Shown: positions 1 to 10,900 of the stretch, in pieces
Position numbering within the stretch: the stretch's first letter is position 1
Layout of the letters: each line of letters starts with the position of its first letter
Origin: the human T2T-CHM13v2.0 reference genome, Homo sapiens
DNA length: 64,000 nt
Direction: 5' to 3' (one strand)
Assembly: GCF_009914755.1 (NCBI RefSeq)
Contig: NC_060934.1
Position numbers and translations under genes: made by a program
Notes under the pieces: model-generated
Database searches by the model: none
What the model saw: only the letters and a program-made list of their open reading frames with translations
Told to the model about the DNA's origin: nothing

Positions 1-68
1 TTCATAGAGCAGTTTGGAAAGACTCTGTCTGTAAAGTCTGCAAGTGATTAGTTAGACCCCTTTGAGGC

Positions 69-85
69 CTTCGTTGGAAGCGGGA
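69..85 (+). other. CENP-B box (first copy, dimer-B variant CTTCGTTGGAAGCGGGA)
   Basis: Matches nTTCGnnnnAnnCGGGn. A box position recurs 41-42 bp upstream of every EcoRI site. Confidence 0.95.
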
Positions 86-407
86 TTTCTCATTTACTGC
101 TAGACAGAAGAATTCTCAGTAAATCCTTTGTGTTGTGTGTATTCAACTCACAGAGTGGAACCTTCCTTTATTCAGAGCAGTTTTGAAAAACACTTTTTGT
201 GGAATTTACAAGTGGAGATTTCAAGCGATTTGACGCCAATCTTAGACATGGAAATATCTTCATATTAAAAGTACACAGAGTCATTCGTAGAAACTAGTTT
301 GTGATGTGTGCCTTCAACTCACAGAGTTTAACCTTTCTTTTCATAGAGCAGTTTGGAAACACTCTATTTGTAAAGTCTGCAAGTGGATATTTGGACCTCT
401 TTGAGGC

Positions 408-424
408 CTTCGTTGGAAACGGGA
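408..424 (+). other. Canonical CENP-B box CTTCGTTGGAAACGGGA (representative of dimers A, C, D)
   Basis: Exact canonical 17-mer. The next copies are at 748 and onward at ~340-bp spacing. Confidence 0.96.
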
Positions 425-576
425 TTTCTTCATACAACGCTAGACAGAAGAATTCTCAGTAACTTCTTTGTGTTGTGTGTATTCAACTCACAGAGTTGAA
501 CCTTTCTTTAGAGAGAGCAGAGTTGAAACACTCTGTTTTTGGAATTTGCAAGTGCAGATTTCAAGCGATTCTAGGC

Positions 577-593
577 CTATGGCAGAAAAGGAA
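577..593 (+). other. pJalpha/A-box-like site in the alternate (non-CENP-B) monomer (representative)
   Basis: CTATGGCAGAAAAGGAA lies at the box-homologous position, 169 bp after the box at 408 and 171 bp before the box at 748. It resembles the A-type consensus CTAYGGTGRAAAAGGAA with 2 mismatches. Confidence 0.7.
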
Positions 594-3500
594 ATATCTT
601 CGTATAAAAACTACACAGAATCATTCTCAACAACTACTTTGTGATGTGTGCGTTCAACTCACAGAGTTTAACCTTTCTTTTCATAGAGCAGTTTGGAAAC
701 ACTCTGTTTGTAAAGCCTGCAAGTGCTTTTTTGGACTTCATTGAGGCCTTCGTTGGAAACGGGATTTCTTCATATAATGCTACACAGAAGAATTCTCAGT
801 CACTTCTTTGTGTTGTGTGTATTCAAGTCACAGAGTTGAACCTTCCTTTAGACAGAGCAGTTTTGAAAAATTCTTTCTGTGGAGTTTGCAAGTGGAGATT
901 TCAAGCGATTTGAGGCTAATCTTTGAAATGGAAATATCTTCGTGTAAAAACTACACAGAATCATTCTCAGAAACTGCTTTGTCATCTGTGCGTTCAGTTC
1001 ACACAGTTTCACCTTTCTCTTCATAGAGCAGTTTGGAAAGACTCTGTCTGTAAAGTCTGCAAGTGATTAGTTAGACCCCTTTGAGGCCTTCGTTGGAAGC
1101 GGGATTTCTCATTTACTGCTAGACAGAAGAATTCTCTGTAAATCCTTTGTGTTGTGTGTATTCAACTCACAGAGTGGAACCTTCCTTTATTCAGAGCAGT
1201 TTTGAAACACTCTTTTTGTGCAATTTGCAAGTGGAGATTTCAAGCGATTTGACGCCAATCTTAGACATGGAAATATCTTCATATTAAAAGTACACAGAGT
1301 CATTCGTAGAAACTAGTTTGTGATGTGTGCCTTCAACTCACAGAGTTTAACCTTTCTTTTCATAGAGCAGTTGGGAAACACTCTATTTGTAAAGTCTGCA
1401 AGTGGATATTTGGACCTCTTTGAGGCCTTCGTTGGAAACGGGATTTCTTCATATAACGCTAGACAGAAGAATTCTCAGTAACTTCTTTGTGTTGTGTGTA
1501 TTCAACTCACAGAGTTGAACCTTTCTTTAGAGGGAGCAGAAGTGAAACACTCTTTTTGTGGAATTTGCTAGTGTAGATTTCAAACGCTTCGAAGACAGTG
1601 ATAGAAAAGGATATATCTTCGTATTAAAAGTAGACAAAATCATTCTCAGAAAACTCTTTGTGATGTGTGTGTTCAACTCACAGAGTTTAACCTTTCTTTT
1701 CATAGAGCAGTTTGGAAACACTCTGTTTGTAAAGCCTGCAAGTGCTTTTTTGGACTTCATTGAGGCCTTCGTTGGAAACGGGATTTCTTCATACAACGCT
1801 AGACAGAAGAATTCTCAGTAACTTCTTTGTGTTGTGTGTATTCAACTCACAGAGTTGAACCTTTCTTTAGAGAGAGCAGAGTTGAAACACTCTGTTTTTG
1901 GAATTTGCAAGTGCAGATTTCAAGCGCTGCTAGGCCTATGGCAGAAAAGGAAATATCTTCGTATAAAAACTACACAGAATCATTCTCAACAACTACTTTG
2001 TGATGTGTGCGTTCAACTCACAGAGTTTAACCTTTCTTTTCATAGAGCAGTTTGGAAACACTCTGTTTGTAAAGCCTGCAAGTGCTTTTTTGGACTTCAT
2101 TGAGGCCTTCGTTGGAAACGGGATTTCTTCATACAACGCTAGACAGAAGAATTCTCAGTAACTTCTTTGTGTTGTGTGTATTCAACTCACAGAGTTGAAC
2201 CTTCCTTTAGAGAGAGCAGAGTTGAAACACTCTGTTTTTGGAATTTGCAAGTGCAGATTTCAAGCGCTTCTTGGCCTATGGCAGAAAAGGAAATATCTTC
2301 GTATAAAAACTACACAGAATCATTCTCAACAACTACTTTGTGATGTGTGCGTTCAACTCACAGAGTTTAACCTTTCTTTTCATAGAGCAGTTTGGAAACA
2401 CTCTGTTTGTAAAGCCTGCAAGTGCTTTTTTGGACTTCATTGAGGCCTTCGTTGGAAACGGGATTTCTTCATATAATGCTAGACAGAAGAATTCTCAGTC
2501 ACTTCTTTGTGTTGTGTGTATTCAAGTCACAGAGTTGAACCTTCCTTTAGACAGAGCAGTTTTGAAAAATTCTTTCTGTGGAGTTTGCAAGTGGAGATTT
2601 CAAGCGATTTGAGGCTAATCTTTGAAATGGAAATATCTTCGTGTAAAAACTACACAGAATCATTCTCAGAAACTGCTTTGTCATCTGTGCGTTCAGTTCA
2701 CAGAGTTTCACCTTTCTCTTCATAGAGCAGTTTGGAAAGACTCTGTCTGTAAAGTCTGCTGGTGATTAGTTAGACCCCTTTGAGGCCTTCGTTGGAAGCG
2801 GGATTTCTCATTTACTGCTAGACAGAAGAATTCTCAGTAAATCCTTTGTGTTGTGTGTATTCAACTCACAGAGTGGAACCTTCCTTTATTCAGAGCAGTT
2901 TTGAAAAACACTTTTTGTGGAATTTGCAAGTGGAGATTTCAAGCGATTTGACGCCAATCTTAGACATGGAAATATCTTCATATTAAAAGTACACAGAGTC
3001 ATCCGTAGAAACTAGTTTGTGATGTGTGCCTTCAACTCACAGAGTTTAACCTTTCTTTTCATAGAGCAGTTTGGAAACACTCTATTTGTAAAGTCTGCAA
3101 GTGGATATTTGGACCTCTTTGAGGCCTTCGTTGGAAACGGGATTTCTTCATACAACGCTAGACAGAAGAATTCTCAGTAACTTCTTTGTGTTGTGTGTAT
3201 TCAACTCACAGAGTTGAACCTTTCTTTAGAGAGAGCAGAGTTGAAACACTCTGTTTTTGGAATTTGCAAGTGCAGATTTCAAGCGATTCTAGGCCTATGG
3301 CAGAAAAGGAAATATCTTCGTATAAAAACTACACAGAATCATTCTCAACAACTACTTTGTGATGTGTGCGTTCAACTCACAGAGTTTAACCTTTCTTTTC
3401 ATAGAGGAGTTTGGAAACACTCTGTTTGTAAAGCCTGCAAGTTCTTTTTTGGACTTCATTGAGGCCTTCGTTGGAAACGGGATTTCTTCATATAATGCTA

Positions 3501-6500
3501 GACAGAAGAATTCTCAGTCACTTCTTTGTGTTGTGTGTATTCAAGTCACAGAGTTGAACCTTCCTTTAGACAGAGCAGTTTTGAAAAATTCTTTCTGTGT
3601 AATTTGCAAGTGGAGATTTCAAGCGATTTGAGGCTAATCTTTGAAATGGAAATATCTTCGTGTAAAAACTACACAGAATCATTCTCAGAAACTGCTTTGT
3701 CATCTGTGCGTTCAGTTCACAGAGTTTCACCTTTCTCTTCATAGAGCAGTTTGGAAAGACTCTGTCTGTAAAGTCTGCAAGTGATTAGTTAGACCCCTTT
3801 GAGGCCTTCGTTGGAAGCGGGATTTCTCATTTACTGCTAGACAGAAGAATTCTCAGTAAATCCTTTGTGTTGTGTGTATTCAACTCACAGAGTGGAACCT
3901 TCCTTTATTCAGAGCAGTTTTGAAACACTCTTTTTGTGGAATTTGCAAGTGGAGATTTCAAGCGATTTGACGCCAATCTTAGACATGGAAATATCTTCAT
4001 ATTAAAAGTACACAGAGTCATTCGTAGAAACTAGTTTGTGATGTGTGCCTTCAACTCACAGAGTTTAACCTTTCTTTTCATAGAGCAGTTGGGAAACACT
4101 CTATTTGTAAAGTCTGCAAGTGGATATTTGGACCTCTTTGAGGCCTTCGTTGGAAACGGGATTTCTTCATATAACGCTAGACAGAAGAATTCTCAGTAAC
4201 TTCTTTGTGTTGTGTGTATTCAACTCACAGAGTTGAACCTTTCTTTAGAGGGAGCAGAGGTGAAACACTCTTTTTGTGGAATTTGCTAGTGTAGATTTCA
4301 AACGCTTCGAAGACAGTGATAGAAAAGGATATATCTTCGTATTAAAAGTAGACAAAATCATTCTCAGAAAACTCTTTGTGATTTGTGTGTTCAACTCACA
4401 GAGTTTAACCTTTCTTTTCATAGAGCAGTTTGGAAACACTCTGTTTGTAAAGCCTGCAAGTGCTTTTTTGGACTTCATTGAGGCCTTCGTTGGAAACGGG
4501 ATTTCTTCATACAACGCTAGACAGAAGAATTCTCAGTAACTTCTTTGTGTTGTGTGTATTCAACTCACAGAGTTGAACCTTTCTTTAGAGAGAGCAGAGT
4601 TGAAACACTCTGTTTTTGGAATTTGCAATTGCAGATTTCATGCGCTTCTAGGCCTATGGCAGAAAAGGAAATATCTTCGTATAAAAACTACACAGAATCA
4701 TTCTCAACAACTACTTTGTGATGTGTGCGTTCAACTCACAGAGTTTAACCTTTCTTTTCATAGAGCAGTTTGGAAACACTCTGTTTGTAAAGCCTGCAAG
4801 TGCTTTTTTGGACTTCATTGAGGCCTTCGTTGGAAACGGGATTTCTTCATACAACGCTAGACAGAAGAATTCTCAGTAACTTCTTTGTGTTGTGTGTATT
4901 CAACTCACAGAGTTGAACCTTCCTTTAGAGAGAGCAGAGTTGAAACACTCTGTGTTTGGAATTTGCAAGTGCAGATTTCAAGCGCTTCTAGGCCTATGGC
5001 AGAAAAGGAAATATCTTCGTATAAAAACTACACAGAATCATTCTCAACAACTACTTTGTGATGTGTGCGTTCAACTCACAGAGTTTAACCTTTCTTTTCA
5101 TAGAGCAGTTTGGAAACACTCTGTTTGTAAAGCCTGCAAGTGCTTTTTTGGACTTCATTGAGGCCTTCGTTGGAAACGGGATTTCTTCATACAACGCTAG
5201 ACAGAAGAATTCTCAGTAACTTCTTTGTGTTGTGTGTATTCAACTCACAGAGTTGAACCTTTCTTTAGAGAGAGCAGAGTTGAAACACTCTGTTTTTGGA
5301 ATTTGCAAGTGCAGATTTCAAGCGATTCTAGGCCTATGGCAGAAAAGGAAATATCTTCGTATAAAAACTACACAGAATCATTCTCAACAACTACTTTGTG
5401 ATGTGTGCGTTCAACTCACAGAGTTTAACCTTTCTTTTCATAGAGCAGTTTGGAAACACTCTGTTTGTAAAGCCTGCAAGTGCTTTTTTGGACTTCATTG
5501 AGGCCTTCGTTGGAAACGGGATTTCTTCATATAATGCTAGACAGAAGAATTCTCAGTCACTTCTTTGTGTTGTGTGTATTCAAGTCACAGAGTTGAACCT
5601 TCCTTTAGACAGAGCAGTTTTGAAAAATTCTTTCTGTGTAATTTGCAAGTGGAGATTTCAAGCGATTTGAGGCTAATCTTTGAAATGGAAATATCTTCGT
5701 GTAAAAACTACACAGAATCATTCTCAGAAACTGCTTTGTCATCTGTGCGTTCAGTTCACAGAGTTTCACCTTTCTCTTCATAGAGCAGTTTGGAAAGACT
5801 CTGTCTGTAAAGTCTGCAAGTGATTAGTTAGACCCCTTTGAGGCCTTCGTTGGAAGCGGGATTTCTCATTTACTGCTAGACAGAAGAATTCTCAGTAAAT
5901 CCTTTGTGTTGTGTGTATTCAACTCACAGAGTGGAACCTTCCTTTATTCAGAGCAGTTTTGAAACACTCTTTTTGTGCAATTTGCAAGTGGAGATTTCAA
6001 GCGATTTGACGCCAATCTTAGACATGGAAATATCTTCATATTAAAAGTACACAGAGTCATTCGTAGAAACTAGTTTGTGATGTGTGCCTTCAACTCACAG
6101 AGTTTAACCTTTCTTTTCATAGAGCAGTTGGGAAACACTCTATTTGTAAAGTCTGCAAGTGGATATTTGGACCTCTTTGAGGCCTTCGTTGGAAACGGGA
6201 TTTCTTCATATAACGCTAGACAGAAGAATTCTCAGTAACTTCTTTGTGTTGTGTGTATTCAACTCACAGAGTTGAACCTTTCTTTAGAGGGAGCAGAGGT
6301 GAAACACTCTTTTTGTGGAATTTGCTAGAGTAGATTTCAAACGCTTCGAAGACAGTGATAGAAAAGGATATATCTTCGTATTAAAAGTAGACAAAATCAT
6401 TCTCAGAAAACTCTTTGTGATTTGTGTGTTCAACTCACAGAGTTTAACCTTTCTTTTCATAGAGCAGTTTGGAAACACTCTGTTTGTAAAGCCTGCAAGT

Positions 6501-7924
6501 GCTTTTTTGGACTTCATTGAGGCCTTCGTTGGAAACGGGATTTCTTCATACAACGCTAGACAGAAGAATTCTCAGTAACTTCTTTGTGTTGTGTGTATTC
6601 AACTAACAGAGTTGAACCTTTCTTTAGAGAGAGCAGAGTTGAAACACTCTGTTTTTGGAATTTGCAATTGCAGATTTCATGCGCTTCTAGGCCTATGGCA
6701 GAAAAGGAAATATCTTCGTATAAAAACTACACAGAATCATTCTCAACAACTACTTTGTGATGTGTGCGTTCAACTCACAGAGTTTAACCTTTCTTTTCAT
6801 AGAGCAGTTTGGAAACACTCTGTTTGTAAAGCCTGCAAGTGCTTTTTTGGACTTCATTGAGGCCTTCGTTGGAAACGGGATTTCTTCATACAACGCTAGA
6901 CAGAAGAATTCTCAGTAACTTCTTTGTGTTGTGTGTATTCAACTCACAGAGTTGAACCTTCCTTTAGAGAGAGCAGAGTTGAAACACTCTGTGTTTGGAA
7001 TTTGCAAGTGCAGATTTCAAGCGCTTCTAGGCCTATGGCAGAAAAGGAAATATCTTTGTATAAAAACTACACAGAATCATTCTCAACAACTACTTTGTGA
7101 TGTGTGCGTTCAACTCACAGAGTTTAACCTTTCTTTTCATAGAGCAGTTTGGAAACACTCTGTTTGTAAAGCCTGCAAGTGCTTTTTTGGACTTCATTGA
7201 GGCCTTCGTTGGAAACGGGATTTCTTCATACAACGCTAGACAGAAGAATTCTCAGTAACTTCTTTGTGTTGTGTGTATTCAACTCACAGAGTTGAACCTT
7301 CCTTTAGAGAGAGCAGAGTTGAAACACTCTGTTTTTGGAATTTGCAAGTGCAGATTTCAAGCGCTTCTAGGCCTATGGCAGAAAAGGAAATATCTTTGTA
7401 TAAAAACTACACAGAATCATTCTCAACAACTACTTTGTGATGTGTGCGTTCAACTCACAGAGTTTAGCCTTTCTTTTCATAGAGCAGTTTGGAAACACTC
7501 TGTTTGTAAAGCCTGCAAGTGCTTTTTTGGACTTCATTGAGGCCTTCGTTGGAAACGGGATTTCTTCATATAATGCTAGACAGAAGAATTCTCAGTCACT
7601 TCTTTGTGTTGTGTGTATTCAAGTCACAGAGTTAAACCTTCCTTTAGACAGAGCAGTTTTGAAAAATTCTTTCTGTGGAGTTTGCAAGTGGAGATTTCAA
7701 GCGATTTGAGGCTAATCTTTGAAATGGAAATATCTTCGTGTAAAAACTACACAGAATCATTCTCAGAAACTGCTTTGTCATCTGTGCGTTCAGTTCACAG
7801 AGTTTCACCTTTCTCTTCATAGAGCAGTTTGGAAAGACTCTGTCTGTAAAGTCTGCAAGTGATTAGTTAGACCCCTTTGAGGCCTTCGTTGGAAGCGGGA
7901 TTTCTCATTTACTGCTAGACAGAA

Positions 7925-10900
7925 GAATTCTCAGTAAATCCTTTGTGTTGTGTGTATTCAACTCACAGAGTGGAACCTTCCTTTATTCAGAGCAGTTTTG
8001 AAAAACACTTTTTGTGGAATTTGCAAGTGGAGATTTCAAGCGATTTGACGCCAATCTTAGACATGGAAATATCTTCATATTAAAAGTACACAGAGTCATT
8101 CGTAGAAACTAGTTTGTGATGTGTGCCTTCAACTCACAGAGTTTAACCTTTCTTTTCATAGAGCAGTTTGGAAACACTCTATTTGTAAAGTCTGCAAGTG
8201 GATATTTGGACCTCTTTGAGGCCTTCGTTGGAAACGGGATTTCTTCATACAACGCTAGACAGAAGAATTCTCAGTAACTTCTTTGTGTTGTGTGTATTCA
8301 ACTCACAGAGTTGAACCTTTCTTTAGAGAGAGCAGAGTTGAAACACTCTGTTTTTGGAATTTGCAACTGCAGATTTCAAGCGATTCTAGGCCTATGGCAG
8401 AAAAGGAAATATCTTCGTATAAAAACTACACAGAATCATTCTCAACAACTACTTTGTGATGTGTGCGTTCAACTCACAGAGTTTAACCTTTCTTTTCATA
8501 GAGGAGTTTGGAAACACTCTGTTTGTAAAGCCTGCAAGTGCTTTTTTGGACTTCATTGAGGCCTTCGTTGGAAACGGGATTTCTTCATATAATGCTAGAC
8601 AGAAGAATTCTCAGTCACTTCTTTGTGTTGTGTGTATTCAAGTCACAGAGTTGAACCTTCCTTTAGACAGAGCAGTTTTGAAAAATTCTTTCTGTGGAGT
8701 TTGCAAGTGGAGATTTCAAGCGATTTGAGGCTAATCTTTGAAATGGAAATATCTTCGTGTAAAAACTACACAGAATCATTCTCAGAAACTGCTTTGTCAT
8801 CTGTGCGTTCAGTTCACAGAGTTTCACCTTTCTCTTCATAGAGCAGTTTGGAAAGACTCTGTCTGTAAAGTCTGCAAGTGATTAGTTAGACCCCTTTGAG
8901 GCCTTCGTTGGAAGCGGGATTTCTCATTTACTGCTAGACAGAAGAATTCTCAGTAAATCCTTTGTGTTGTGTGTATTCAACTCACAGAGTGGAACCTTCC
9001 TTTATTCAGAGCAGTTTTGAAAAACACTTTTTGTGGAATTTGCAAGTGGAGATTTCAAGCGATTTGACGCCAATCTTAGACATGGAAATATCTTCATATT
9101 AAAAGTACACAGAGTCATTCGTAGAAACTAGTTTGTGATGTGTGCCTTCAACTCACAGAGTTTAAGCTTTCTTTTCATAGAGCAGTTTGGAAACACTCTA
9201 TTTGTAAAGTCTGCAAGTGGATATTTGGACCTCTTTGAGGCCTTCGTTGGAAACGGGATTTCTTCATACAACGCTAGACAGAAGAATTCTCAGTAACTTC
9301 TTTGTGTTGTGTGTATTCAACTCACAGAGTTGAACCTTTCTTTAGAGAGAGCAGAGTTGAAACACTCTGTTTTTGGAATTTGCAACTGCAGATTTCAAGC
9401 GCTTCTAGGCCTATGGCAGAAAAGGAAATATCTTCGTATAAAAACTACACAGAATCATTCTCAACAACGACTTTGTGATGTGTGCGTTCAACTCACAGAG
9501 TTTAACCTTTCTTTTCATAGAGCAGTTTGGAAACACTCTGTTTGTAAAGCCTGCAAGTGCTTTTTTGGACTTCATTGAGGCCTTCGTTGGAAACGGGATT
9601 TCTTCATGTAATGCTAGACAGAAGAATTCTCAGTCACTTCTTTGTGTTGTGTGTATTCAAGTCACAGAGTTGAACCTTCCTTTAGACAGAGCAGTTTTGA
9701 AAAATTCTTTCTGTGTAATTTGCAAGTGGAGATTTCAAGCGATTTGAGGCTAATCTTTGAAATGGAAATATCTTCGTGTAAAAACTACACAGAATCATTC
9801 TCAGAAACTGCTTTGTCATCTGTGCGTTCAGTTCACAGAGTTTCACCTTTCTCTTCATAGAGCAGTTTGGAAACACTCTGTTTGTAAAGCCTGCAAGTGC
9901 TTTTTTGGACTTCATTGAGGCCTTCGTTGGAAACGGTATTTCTTCATACAACGCTAGACAGAAGAATTCTCAGTAACTTCTTTGTGTTGTGTGTATTCAA
10001 CTCACAGAGTTGAACCTTTCTTTAGAGAGAGCAGAGTTGAAACACTCTGTTTTTGGAATTTGCAAGGGCAGATTTCAAGCGATTCTAGGCCTATGGCAGA
10101 AAAGGAATTATCTTCGTATAAAAACTACACAGAATCATTCTCAACAACTACTTTGTGATGTGTGCGTTCAACTCACAAAGTTTAACCTTTCTTTTCATAG
10201 AGCAGTTTGGAAACACTCTGTTTGTAAAGCCTGCAAGTGCTTTTTTGGACTTCATTGAGGCCTTCGTTGGAAACGGGATTTCTTCATATAATGCTAGACA
10301 GAAGAATTCTCAGTAAAACCTTTGTGTTGTGTTCATTCAACTCACAGAGTGGAACCTTCCTTTATTCAGAGCAGTTTTGAAACACTCTTTTTGTGGAATT
10401 TGCAAGTGGAGATTTCAAGCGATTTGACGCCAATCTTAGACATGGAAATATCTTCATATTAAAAGTACACAGAATCATTCGTAGAAACTAGTTTGTGATG
10501 TGTGCCTTCAACTTACAGAGTTTAACCTTTCTTTTCATAGAGCAGTTAGGAAACATTCTATTTATAAAGTCTGCAAGTGGATATTTGGACCTCTTTGAGG
10601 CCTTCGTTGGAAAAGGGATTTCTTCATATAACGCTAGACAGAAGAATTCTCAGTAACTTCTTTGTGTTGTGTGTATTCAACTCACAGAGTTGAACGTTTC
10701 TTTAGAGAGAGCAGAGTTGAAACACTCTTTTTGTGGAATTTGCTAGTGCAGATTTCAAACGCTTCGAAGACAGTGATAGAAAAGGATATATCTTCGTACT
10801 AAAAGTAGACAAAATCATTCTCAGAAAACACTTTGTGATGTGTGTGTTCAACTCACAGAGTTTAACCTTTCTTTAATCGAGCAGTTTGGAAATACAATCT

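Larger units (their letters stand above)
110..7924 (+). repeat. Variant-HOR domain 1 with hybrid D' dimers and A runs: C A B C D' A A B C A B C D' A A A B C D' A A A B
   Basis: Dimer parse by diagnostic words. A: CTAGGCCTATGGCAG / GGACTTCATTG. B: TGAGGCTAATC / GTGATTAGTTAGACC. C: TGACGCCAATCTTAGAC. D: CTTCGAAGACAGTGATAG. ORF-track spacings of 2718 and 2039 agree. Confidence 0.88.

Noticed and set aside
405-455. Short palindromes (AGGCCT beside the CENP-B box, GAATTC, TTCGAA, ACTAGT) as a possible structural code
   Set aside because: These are 6-bp palindromes that belong to the alphoid consensus and are too short to support cruciform claims without computation.
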